Part shown: positions 53,651-64,000 of the stretch, one piece after another
How the letters are laid out: each line of letters begins with the position of its first letter
How positions within the stretch are numbered: the first letter of the stretch is position 1
Assembly: GCF_001194135.2 (NCBI RefSeq)
Contig: NC_068989.1
Location: 53,850,207-53,914,206 of the forward strand
Direction of reading: 5' to 3'
From: Octopus bimaculoides
Lineage: Eukaryota
Length of the DNA: 64,000 bases
Translations under genes and position numbers: made by a program
Notes under the pieces: generated by a model
The model's database searches: none
What the model saw: the letters and a program-made list of their open reading frames with translations, nothing else
Told to the model about the DNA's origin: nothing

Positions 53651-54851
53651 AAAAAAAAGAGAAAAAGGATATGGCGGTTTCGATTTACAGCGAGGTAGAT
53701 GGGGCCGATTAAGTGGTCACTGATACAACTCATGCAGGACTGATCGTGGATTTTGTTTACTTTTCTTTTATATATTTCAGTCATTAGTCTGCGGTCATGC
53801 TGGGGCAAGGCCTTAAAGGGTTTTAGTCGAAAAAAATCGCCCCCCAGTGTTTATTATGTTTTTAGACAGTCCGGTACTTATACTGTCGGTCACTTCTGCC
53901 GAAATCCCCAATTCGTGGTAACTCAAACAAACCAACACTGGTGGTAAAGGAGTGGGGAACAAACAAAAAAGACATGCACACGTACATATAGTAATACAAG
54001 CAGCAATGGGACTCGAGCCCATATCCCTCAAAGACTCCGGCTGATTGTTTTACCATCAAGCCAAACTGCCCGCTGATAAATTCATCTGCCGAATTAGGCG
54101 CTAAATACTTAAGCTTTACAGAACAACCATGTGTGTATAAATGTGAGCGTACAAATATTTATTTCTTTAATTAGAGACGTCGAAATGTGTATTGTACGAT
54201 ACAAATAAGAATATGTTATTTTTCTAACGAAGACTTGCTGTTAGAAAAGCAGAAATACTGGGTAAATCACCCTTACAAGGCCTACATACATAAACGATTG
54301 AGTTAACAAACGAATAAACGTAGACCTGCACATATTTGGTTGAAGTTAAATGTATTGATATTTAATAACAATTTATTCAACTCCGAACATGCACGAAATT
54401 TTATAACTAATCTGCAGCTGAACGAAAGTACTATTAAATGTGTAAGTGTAAGCGAGTGTGTGCGTGTATGCGCGCGTGTGCGTGTGCATGCGCGTATGTC
54501 AAAGACCAGAACCTATTGTGTGAGTGTGTTTGTGCATGCACATATGTCAACGACCAGAACCTATATGAAAAAAAAATGCGAGTAAAGCGTTCTGTAAATT
54601 CTTTCCAGCTTCGTTTTATATAACCATTTATGTTTTACATGCGTAGCGATGCATGAACGCCATTCCACCCTTTTCATTCTTCATTGAAATCAATGAAGAT
54701 TTATTCTGCTATTCCGAGATAAAAGAGTCAAAAAACTGACGCAGTTAGGTTTGGCTGAAATGAACAAATACTGAGTAATTCCATAACGAATGTTTCAAGG
54801 AACTTAACATATTTTCATTTAGTGTTTTATTTACACTATATTTCGATCAGT

Positions 54852-55228
54852 GGAGACGCAATAGCCCAGTGGTTAGGGCACCGGACTCGCGGTCATAGGA
54901 TCACGGTTTCGATTCCGAGACCGGGCGTTGTGAGTGTTTATTGAGCGAAAACACCTATAGCTCCACGAGGCTCCGGCAGGGGATGGTGGCGAACCCTGCT
55001 GTACTCTTTCACCACAACTTTCTCTCTCTCTTACTTCCTGCTTCTTTTATGACTGTAATTCAAAGGGCCAGGCTTGTCACACTGAATATCCCCGAGAACT
55101 ACGTTAAGGGTACACGGGTCTGTGGAGTGCTCAGCCACTTGCACGTTAATTTCACGAGCAGGCTGTTCGTTGATCGGATCAACTGGAACCCTCGACGTCG
55201 TAAGCGACGGAGTGCCAACAACAACAAC
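54852..55228 (+). mobile_element. Full-length tRNA-derived SINE (family C) with perfect 12-bp TSD
   Basis: A-box tagcccagtgg, B-box ggtttcgattcc, (AAC)n tail. atttcgatcagt occurs at 54840-54851 and 55229-55240. Confidence 0.93.
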
Positions 55229-55539
55229 ATTTCGATCAGTATATTGTACGGGCATCTTTTTAAACAAGTTCACGGGGAAATCTAATAATTCAATTACAAT
55301 CCTCATCCCGAAGTGTAATAGCTGGTAAAAGACCGATATAGCATTTCAGAAAGTAACTTCTATGGGAACAGTTGAGAAATCTTCATGTTATAAAACGAGG
55401 TGATTCAGGATATATTTAATTAGATTCTTAGCTGCCCAGGTCATGATTTCAAATCAGCTTCTGGTGTTTTGTTACGCATCTGGTCACGACATTTCTATTA
55501 TTAAATAAATCAGTTCAAGTACTTTATTGAAATCATCTT

Positions 55540-55830
55540 ATTGAGAGGTCAAAGCTCCGGCACCACGGACATGGAATAAGAATATCGCAGGAAAGAATCG
55601 CAAAACGGATTTTTCAAGCCAGGCCAACCGGCAGGAGTCCAAGTGGTAGACCAAGAACGAAATGGTTAGATATGCTAACCTATGGATGCTATCCATATTC
55701 TCTCTAGGTCACGCTTGGGAATCCAATCGGAATTTCTAATGATGGTGGCTTATGATAGGGAAATATGGGGGAAGTGCCTGAGAACTCTATGTAAAGAAAT
55801 AGTGGCCGAAGAAGATGGAAGGACGCCGCT
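55540..55830 (+). mobile_element. RTE-clade LINE 3' remnant
   Basis: IERSKLRHHGHGIRISQERIAKRIFQARPTGRSPSGRPRTKWLDML, then in a shifted frame SRLGIQSEFLMMVAYDREIWGKCL. This is the RTE C-terminal GRPR..W.D motif. Confidence 0.8.
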
Positions 55831-56357
55831 TAGGTAGCTATTAGAAATAGGAGGTAAACAATAAGTAAACCATTTGTGGAGCGTTACTTGGAGTTGAGTA
55901 TTGTCTTTCTTCATGGAGGAATTTTATCTCTCACTCATTTGGCGTTACAGTGTTGGAGCTAAGCAATTGATCATTAAAAGAGCCTTAGAGTCAAAGCAAT
56001 CTCACAAGCTATGAAAGTCAAAACACAAAATGCTGATGAAATAAGGATAGAATTTTTCAATGTAATAACATTATGCTCGTTGCGATTCAAAGATGCCGAA
56101 TAATTTGCGATGTAATGAATATCTGAAACACATTGCACATATTTCATAATAACAAAGATTTCTTATAACAACAACAACGACGACGACGAGGAGAAGAAGA
56201 AGAAGAAGAAGAAGAAGAAGAAGAAGAAGAAGAAGAAGAAGAAGAAGAAGAAGAAGAAGAAGAAGAAGAAGAAGAAGAAGAAATATAATCTAGTAAAGTA
56301 CTAGAAAGTAAGAAATAAAAATGAACATGAATCTAGCGTCTGTATTCCGTTTGTGCT

Positions 56358-56397
<40 letters not shown>

Positions 56398-56599
56398 CAT
56401 ATATAGTGGATTTTGTATGATGGCTTTCCTATCCGTAGCTGATGATGCAGAACCACATACTTTCAATGAATCAATGACGTCACTCATAGCGCAGTGATGG
56501 TTTTTCACATGTATTGTCTCTCAGGAGAATTTTCCTCCCGAGACATTTTCCGCAGCGAAGTGTCTTCTTATGACCTAAGGAACTCGAATGTGTTATATA

Positions 56600-57417
56600 C
56601 AATATATTAAGTGTGTTGGCGGCAGCAGTGGCGCCAGGGTAATGATAGTGTCAGCAGCGGCCGCAGCGGGAGCGGGTGAGGTGTCGAAATCGTCGGTGGC
56701 AGTGTTGATGGTGTTGATAGTGGTTGTGATGTCGGCGGTGGTGATGATGATGCTGATCATGATAGTGGTGATAACTGGCGGTGGCAATCATGATGGTGTT
56801 GGTGGCGTTGGTGGTGGTAGTGGTGTCAGTGCTGATGGTGGTCGTAATGTTGATTTCGGTAGCGATGAAGATGATGGCGATGGTGGGTGTGATGGTAAGA
56901 GTGGTGGTAATAGTGATGGTTGATCATGGTACTGAAAATGAAGATTGTGATGATGGTGATGATGATGATGAGGAGGAGGATGATGATGAAAATGGTGCGA
57001 CGATGTTAATACTAGTGTTAGTACTGAAGACGTTCGTAGTAATGATACTGGTGATAGTACTTGTAGAGACAGCAATGGTGGTGACAACGATGACAATGAT
57101 GATGATGAGGAGGTGGAGGAGGAGGAGGAAGAGGAGCAGAAGCAGGAGGAAGTGGAAGTGGATAGTGATATTGGTGATGATGATGATGATGATTCTGATG
57201 GTGGCAGTGACGGCGGCGGCGGCGGCGGCGGTGGTGGTGGTGTTGGTGGTGGTGGTGGTGGTGGTGGCAGTGGTGGTGGTGGTGGTGATACTTAGTGGTA
57301 TTACTTTGGGTCATTTGAGGTGATTGTGATTGACACCAGTAAAGTGATTTATCTGAATCATTGATCGTAGCTCGGTGACAATAAATCAGCGAAGGATATT
57401 TTCACTGGACATATTAA

Positions 57418-57460
<43 letters not shown>
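56600..57460. repeat. Degenerate trinucleotide low-complexity region (GGT/GAT/GAG/GGC/AAC)
   Basis: Direct reading. All overlapping ORFs are homopolymeric runs. Confidence 0.85.
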
Positions 57461-57461
<1 letters not shown>

Positions 57462-57524
57462 ACACTGGGACAATTTTGAACTGTATTGGTGGTGCTCTAA
57501 TAGTACAGGTCACAGTGAAGTCTC

Positions 57525-57838
57525 ACCACTTAGTAGTTAGGGTATTCGGTTCTCGATCGCAAGGTCCTGGGTTCAATTCGTGGCTACACGTCGTATCCTT
57601 GAGCAAGACTCTTTATTTCACGTTGCTCCGGTCCACTCACCTGGTGAAAATGAGTAGTACCGGCATTTCAAATGGGCCAGCTTTGTCACATTCTGTGTCA
57701 CGCTGAATCTCCCTGAGAACTACGTTAAGGGTACGCATGTCTGCGAATTGTTCAGCCACATGTCCGTTAATTTCAAAAGCGAGCTGTTCAGTTGATCGGA
57801 TCAACTGGAACCATTGTCGTTGTAGCCGACAGAGTGCC
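57525..57838 (+). mobile_element. SINE sharing the family C 3' tail
   Basis: Decayed tRNA head (gggttcaattcg) plus gctgaatctccctgagaactacgttaagggtac...gttgatcggatcaactggaacc...agtgcc. Confidence 0.85.
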
Positions 57839-58030
57839 GGTACTGGTCACAGAGCATTGGTGGAATAGTGAAGCGGAGTGGTGGATTATGGTACCGTAAG
57901 ATGTAATAGTACAATTTGAGGTCAGTCTGTAGAGCGGTGGTGGACAAGTGAAATGTGGTAGTATACGGATGTACGGCACAGTTTGTATGGCTGCACTATG
58001 ATGTAAGCGTAGTGGTATAGGATGTTGTGA

Positions 58031-58350
58031 AGGCACATGGCTCAGTGGTTAGAGGGTTGGGGTCACAATCATGCGGTAGTGAGTTCGATTCCCGGACCGC
58101 GCTGTGTGCTATGTTCTTGTGCAAGGCATTTTATTTCACGTTGCTCCATTCATTCATCTGTAGAAATGAGTAGCGACGCAACTGGTGCCAAGCTGTATTG
58201 ACCTTTGCTTTTACCTTGACGTGGAGAAGGGAGGTTGGTATGTATGAGCGAATACTGATCTTCCATAAACAACCTTACACTGACTTGTACCTGGGAGAGG
58301 AACTTTCTAGGTGCAATCTCATGGTCATTCGTGACCGAAGAGGTATTTTT
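58031..58350 (+). mobile_element. SINE (family D)
   Basis: aggcacatggctcagtggttagag...gagttcgattcccgg head. Body matches 7050-7328 (gaactttctaggtgcaat). Confidence 0.85.
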
Positions 58351-58786
58351 TTTTATAGGATATTGTACGATTTGTTTCGTGGAAGTGGAGAGTAGTTAGT
58401 TGGCAGTATTGTATTGTGGTGCTATGTGGATGCATAGGTTTGTCTTGTAGTATAGGCTTTAAGGCAGCCGTGTAGTGATGTAGTGGGGAACTTGGTGCTA
58501 TAGTATGTTATACAAAGTATGTTGTAGTCTGAATATAATACAGTTCGTAGAGCAACATTATAGTGGTGTGGTGATATCGATGAGGATGTAGTAAGTGATG
58601 TAGTGTGATGGTATAGTATGATGGTATAGGAGGTGGTTTAGAGAGTCGTGTTGTGGGATGGTGTTATATTATAATGTGGTGTTATAGTACAGTTAGTTCA
58701 TAGAATAATAGTATAGGTCAGTTGTACACTATGGTGTTGTCTGTTAATATAGTATATTTGATAAGATAAGATGGAGTTTACGACCC

Positions 58787-59215
58787 AGGCGTAGCTGTGT
58801 GGTAAGAAGTTCGCCTTTTTATCACATGATTTCGGGTTCAGTCCCACTGCTTGGTTCCTTGAGCCAGTGAATTCTACTATAGCCCGTGTTCGACCAAAGC
58901 CATGTGAGTGGATGTGATAGACAAAAACCTGAAAAAAGTCCGTCATTTATATATATGTATATAAGTGTGTGTGTATTGATATATGTATGTGGGTGTATCT
59001 GTGTGTCTGCGTGCGTGCGTGTGCATGCGCATGTGCCTTTGTGTTTCTATTTGACATCTATACCCATTGATTTGTTTACGTCCCCTAATCCAGCAGTTTG
59101 GCAAAAATGATCGATGGAACAAATAAAGTTAATTACTGGGGTCGATTTGTTCAACTAACCCTCACCCCCACCACCAGCATGGCTGCAGTCCAATGACTGC
59201 AACAAGTAAAACACA
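58787..59215 (+). mobile_element. SINE (family B) with internal mixed microsatellite
   Basis: ggcgtagctgtgtggtaagaag...gggttcagtcccactgc...cgaccaaagcc...cagcatggctgcagtccaatgactg. Confidence 0.8.
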
Positions 59216-59629
59216 AAGATTGAAAGATATAAATTGAGGTAGTTGTATGACGGTGGTGTATGGCTGTGAATGTAGTAGAGCGTCGTGCTGTATGGTGTAG
59301 AGCTTATAATAGGATGGTAGTGTGGGCTACTTGGTGTAAGGTGGGATGCATGGTAGTCATGTATCAGTGATGGCTGAGCTTGTTGTTGCTGTTTAACCCT
59401 TGGTCATCCCTGAGTGCGCAGATCTCTGATCAAATGTATTCCATTTTTAGAAATAATACATTTCTAAATCTCTCAGAGAGATTTATGCAGTAGTGATACG
59501 ATGAAGTAGTTGACTCAGAAACATGTCTCTGGATGTAGGCTTAGCTGGGTGGAGGTGCTTGTCCCCCCCCCCCTTGTAAACATAAGAACACAGGAAATGT
59601 TTCAAGGCCGACAGGAAGCGGTGCAGTTC

Positions 59630-59855
59630 TCGGGGATATTCAGCGTGACACAGAGTGTGACAAGGCTGGCCCTTTGAAATACAGGTACAACAGAAACAGG
59701 AAGTAAGAGTGAGAGAAAGTTGTAGTGGAAGAGTACAGCAGGGTTCGCCATGAGCCCCTGCCGGAGATTTAGGTGTTTTCGCCCGGTCTGGGAATCGAAA
59801 CCGCGATTCTATGACCGTGAGTCCGCTGCCCTAACCACTGGGCCATTGCACCTCC
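59630..59855 (-). mobile_element. Family C SINE 5' two-thirds
   Basis: Minus-strand ggaggtgcaatggcccagtggttagggcagcggactcacggtc...ggtttcgattcccagaccgggcg to gctgaatatccccgagaac. Confidence 0.88.
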
Positions 59856-60519
59856 ATACTTCAAATGTATTCCATTCCTAATCATTTTGTTAGTTTTTCC
59901 CCCCATTTTCCCCCTTTCTGTTGAGTAATTTCAGGGAGACTTGTCTGCTATTTTCAACAGGTCAAACGACAACGTATAGGTTCCCTCCTTCGTTCGCTGG
60001 CCGTGGTGGAGGTGTATGGAAGCGGTGTGGGAAGGTTGTAGACATTGATGGTAATGGCGGCAATAATGGATGAGAGCTAGATCACGTGGACACAGTTAAT
60101 AGTCGTGAGTTCGATGGCGTTAGCATTGGTGGCAGTGGTGATGGTATTACAGTTGAAGGAGGAGGAAGATAGAAATGAGAGGTAGAGGTTGTTGGAAAGC
60201 GAAGGTGATTGGATGTCGGCCGAAGGTGAAGAGCCATAAAGAAACGAAACTAGATGTCGGCCGACAGTAAAGACAACGACCTGTCATAAAAGTGTCGCAA
60301 TGACTAACAACAACAACAACAGCAACAACAACAACAACAACAACAACAACAGCAGCAGCAACAACAACAACAACAACAACAACAATAGTAGTAGTAGTTG
60401 TTGTTGTAGTAGCAACAACAATTATAATGACCATCAAGATGAGGACGACACGTTGATATAATGAAATGAGGTCGAGGACGGCGACGACGCGGACAAGAAT
60501 AATGAGGATGATGACAATA

Positions 60520-60555
<36 letters not shown>

Positions 60556-61877
60556 GTGGTGGTGATGTCAATAATAAAGAGAAAAGAAAAAAGAGCACAC
60601 AATGATGTAGAGGAGAGAGGGGAAGCGGGGGGCGGGGGGCAAAGAGAAAGAGAGAGAGAGAGAGGAGAAAGGGGTCCTTAGAGCGCAGGGTGCGAGAGAA
60701 AGGAGACGAGGCAGAAGAGTGCAGAGACGACATCGAATAAATAAAACAAACAAATAAATATACAAATAAATAAATAAATAAATAAATACATAAATAAAAT
60801 AAAGGGACGACGTTGCATTAAATAGAAGGCTTTTCACAACCACCGGAAGAATATCTTCCATAAACGAACGACCATCTACGCAGTAGTAGTAGTAGTAGTA
60901 GCAGTAGTAGTAGGCGCAGGAAGGAAATGCGAGATCTGAGAGTACGAGGAATATTTAGATGTCTTTCTGTCTGTCTGTCTGTCTCATTGTCTGTGTGTGT
61001 GTATCTATTTTCTCTTTCTCTCTGAACATTGCAAAAAATCGATAAATAGTTCCCTTTTACCAAAACACCTATAATCCCCCAGTAAAATCATTTTGCTTTG
61101 TTCTCTCCCTTTGCGGTAGCTCTTCTGTTTTTTTTTTGTTTTTTTTTTATCATCTTTACCTATTTTTATTATTATTTCTTATTTTTGTATTATTTTCTCC
61201 TTGTATATATATATATTTTTTTTCTGTTTCCTTTATCGCTTCTAATGCTATTTTAACGGATTCTGCTTTTCAACATTCCATTTACAAAATGGAGAGTTTT
61301 GTGACGACGGTGATGATGGCGGTGGCTCTGGCTGTGGTGGTAGGGAGAGCAGTCATTGGTCTAGATCCTGCTGCTATCACTGTTTTGATTATTACCTTTC
61401 TGTATAGTTGTCGTCGGTGGTGGTGTTCTTTCTTTACTCTTTTTATTGTTGTTGTCTTTTGACCACAGCTCAACCGATCTGAACGAGGATTCCTATTTAT
61501 GATCAAAGACGTTCTAGTCAAAGCCATAACGCCGCTCATTCATTTCTCTTCCTTTTTCAGACATAGTCTACCTCGGACAACATTATTTAATGTATCCTTC
61601 CATTTTTAAGACGTTGAAGTGCGATTTAAAAAAGAATTTACTAGTATTTGGGCAGGTTAAGTAATCTTAAAGAGACCATCCTCCCACTTACGGATGAAAA
61701 ATAAATACAGAACGGTAAGAAGGTTCAACGATGTGGACCGTGGAAAACCCCATAAACAGAGGATTTCGCTAACTTTCAGTTGTGCATGTCAACCCCGACA
61801 GGGGTGCTGTGGATTGAAATAAGAACAATTCCAATGTTTTGTTGCTTTGAAGATCAGAGAATGATTACATAAATATT

Positions 61878-62048
61878 GGTTTCAAATTTTAGCAGAAGGT
61901 AAACAGTTTTCGGGAAGTCAGTTACATCGACCGCAGTACGCAACTGGTATTTATTTTATCGACCGCGAAAGGATGAAAAGCAAAGTCGACCTCGGTAGAA
62001 TTTGAACTCGGAACGTGCAGACAGACGATATGCCGCTAAGCATTTTGC
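61878..62048 (-). mobile_element. 5'-truncated family A SINE with 18-bp TSD
   Basis: aatga(t/c)tacataaatatt at 61860-61877 and 62049-62066 flanks ...caaagtcgacctcggtagaatttgaactcggaacg.... Confidence 0.85.
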
Positions 62049-62993
62049 AATGACTACATAAATATTAAGTTTCCAGTAGTGTCCCATCGATCCAATATAG
62101 TTTAAAGACGAACTGGCCGAGTTGTTAGGCTGTTAGACAGAACGCGTTGAAGTCTTTGTTCCGATTCCGTATTCGCTGAGTTCAAATCGCGCTAAAGTCA
62201 TATTGAATTTTCATCATTTTGAGATCGATAAAAAGATCGCCAATCCGACCAGGTGAATGACGGAAGTGTCTTGAAGGCCAGACCGGATGCCTTGCGATAT
62301 TTATTCCGTTTATTTTCTTGCATTTTAAGTTCAATTTTTTCCAGGGTCTATCTGGGTGATAGATATAATTCGTCGCTCGGTTTAACACCACCACCTGACA
62401 ACTTGGGTACCTTTAGTGAAGATAACGTTGTTTTAAGCATTCGGGTCAGGTCTTCATTTGGAGGATAACTTCTCAGTAATCTTGGAGGTCTTACAACGGA
62501 TCTTGAACACTGTCTACACATTTAAATTCAACTACTCTGACATCCGACTTATCTATGTTTTTCGTTGTACTCCTTGCATTCCATTTGCACGTGCTCTCTG
62601 TTAAAAGGCCATACGCAAGTGTTCTGGTTTGAGAACAACTTCTTTCATGCTTCCACTTGTCTCCAGGGCCCAGAGAAATAAAGGTTAATGGGCGCTTCTC
62701 TTCCTTCATTGACTAAGTGGCAATTTTTTTAAAAAACGTCTCATCTTATAGGTAGCAGATTCATCAGGGCATCGAGAAAAATGTATTGTGGTATTAGGTT
62801 ACGGTTATTTATGTATTGAATTCAATTTCCGCTGAGGGCAATTTCGCACATCACCCGTCTGGGGAGGGGTGTTTATCACTTGTTAAGTACTATGGCTGAT
62901 TTAACTGAGTAAGCCCTTTCCTTAGATTCGTGTTTCCCCACCCCACAATTGCTGGCCTTGTGCCACAATTTGAAACCAATATATACATGTGTG

Positions 62994-63047
<54 letters not shown>

Positions 63048-63113
63048 CCATCACCAATGATACCACCACTATTGCAGCTGCTACTACTGCTACTACCACT
63101 ACAATTACTACTT

Positions 63114-63159
<46 letters not shown>

Positions 63160-63734
63160 GCCATCGCTATCTGTTTCTTCTTTATCGTCATCACAGTCCA
63201 TGGCACCGCTGACCTCGCCATTATCAGCACCACCATCATCACCACCACACGAAGTCCTTCATTGTGAATACATCATCCTCATTGAACACCCAACATCTCA
63301 CCATTTTTCTGGCTCGTTCATTTACCCTTTAGACGTCCCATTATAAGCAAAAGCTAATTAAAACTGGTCTATCGAAATTTTTCTTTACAATTTTTTTTTT
63401 TAATTCAGTGTTATGTGTGGGTAGGGAGTTCACTAAATTTCCAAGGCTTGTACATTTTATAGAATCTAAGAAATACTTCCCTCTTCCGTATTCAATTACC
63501 AGTCGCTATAAAATTGTACCAATATGAAAGAATTTACCATTGCGATATTTTTTCAGAAACATAACCATTTCAAAATATGTAAACTATGGACAAAAAGCTC
63601 TCTGCCTAAACCTATTCTATTTCCATTTCTATACGTGAATGTGTGTACGAGAATGCGTGTACGCGTCTGTTTGCATCTATGTAAGCGGCTATGTATGTAT
63701 TTATGTATGTATGTATGTATGTAGGTATGTATGT

Positions 63735-63920
63735 TATCAATCAGTTTTATTTCTGTATTTCTTGTCAATAGAGAAAGAGCCGGACTCTAGCATAGATTCA
63801 AAGCTCATTCATTGGAACTTTTATCAACATCATCTAGGTATTTGTGCATATATGTGTGTGTGCAGTATTTGGTGTTAGTGTATGCGCAGATTTGTATGTT
63901 TGTTATATGGATATGTATGT
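63735..63920 (-). mobile_element. 3' UTR fragment of the RLE-type LINE
   Basis: tcagttttatttc...cttgtcaatagagaaagagccggactctag...aagctcattcatt matches 28507-28580, and gcagatttgtatgttt matches about 28642-28660. Embedded in (TATG)n. Confidence 0.7.
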
Positions 63921-64000
63921 ATGTATGCATGCATGTGTGTATGTATATGTATATATATATATGTATGTATGTATGTATGTAGGTATGTATGTTATCAATC

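Noticed and set aside
54003-54071. tRNA gene on the minus strand
   Set aside because: The T-arm and a partial acceptor stem fold, but the D- and anticodon arms do not. It is best read as a decayed tRNA-derived SINE head or pseudogene.
56788-57314. His/Pro-rich minus-strand ORFs as the Pitx N-terminal exon
   Set aside because: They derive from degenerate trinucleotide repeats, end in stops rather than donors, and all frames look equally low-complexity.
20101-61815. Scattered FoxH1-type TGTGGATT/AATCCACA sites (20101, 42908, 61808)
   Set aside because: They are unclustered, and three 8-mer hits in 64 kb on two strands is near chance expectation. Only the 42.9-kb site is mentioned, because of its context.

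Overview
AT-rich, microsatellite-saturated eukaryotic genomic DNA with many N gaps, most flanked by (AT)n. The tRNA-derived SINE families and repeat landscape point to an octopod cephalopod, probably Octopus (inference). Only one host-gene exon is recognisable: a 209-bp minus-strand exon (5658-5866) encoding the linker and residues 1-46 of a Pitx homeodomain, with canonical splice sites. It is missing from the ORF track. Neither the upstream coding exon(s) nor the terminal VWFKN/OAR exon could be found in the window. The rest is intron or upstream DNA filled with SINEs, decayed RTE LINEs, RLE-type (R4/Dong-like) LINE 3' ends, a mariner remnant and a 420-bp foldback MITE. The most notable signal is an internally deleted Penelope-like element (RT YIDD fragment fused to the GIY-YIG C-terminus) about 430 bp downstream of the homeobox exon. 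Its 3' terminal repeat carries a minimal hammerhead-ribozyme-like motif with a non-canonical core (CUGU(C/U)GA, A6->U). Related terminal-repeat copies at ~24.0 kb and ~38.0 kb keep the same stem II with different loops, and all three lie on the Pitx sense strand. Nearly all ORFs in the supplied track are microsatellite or gap artefacts.
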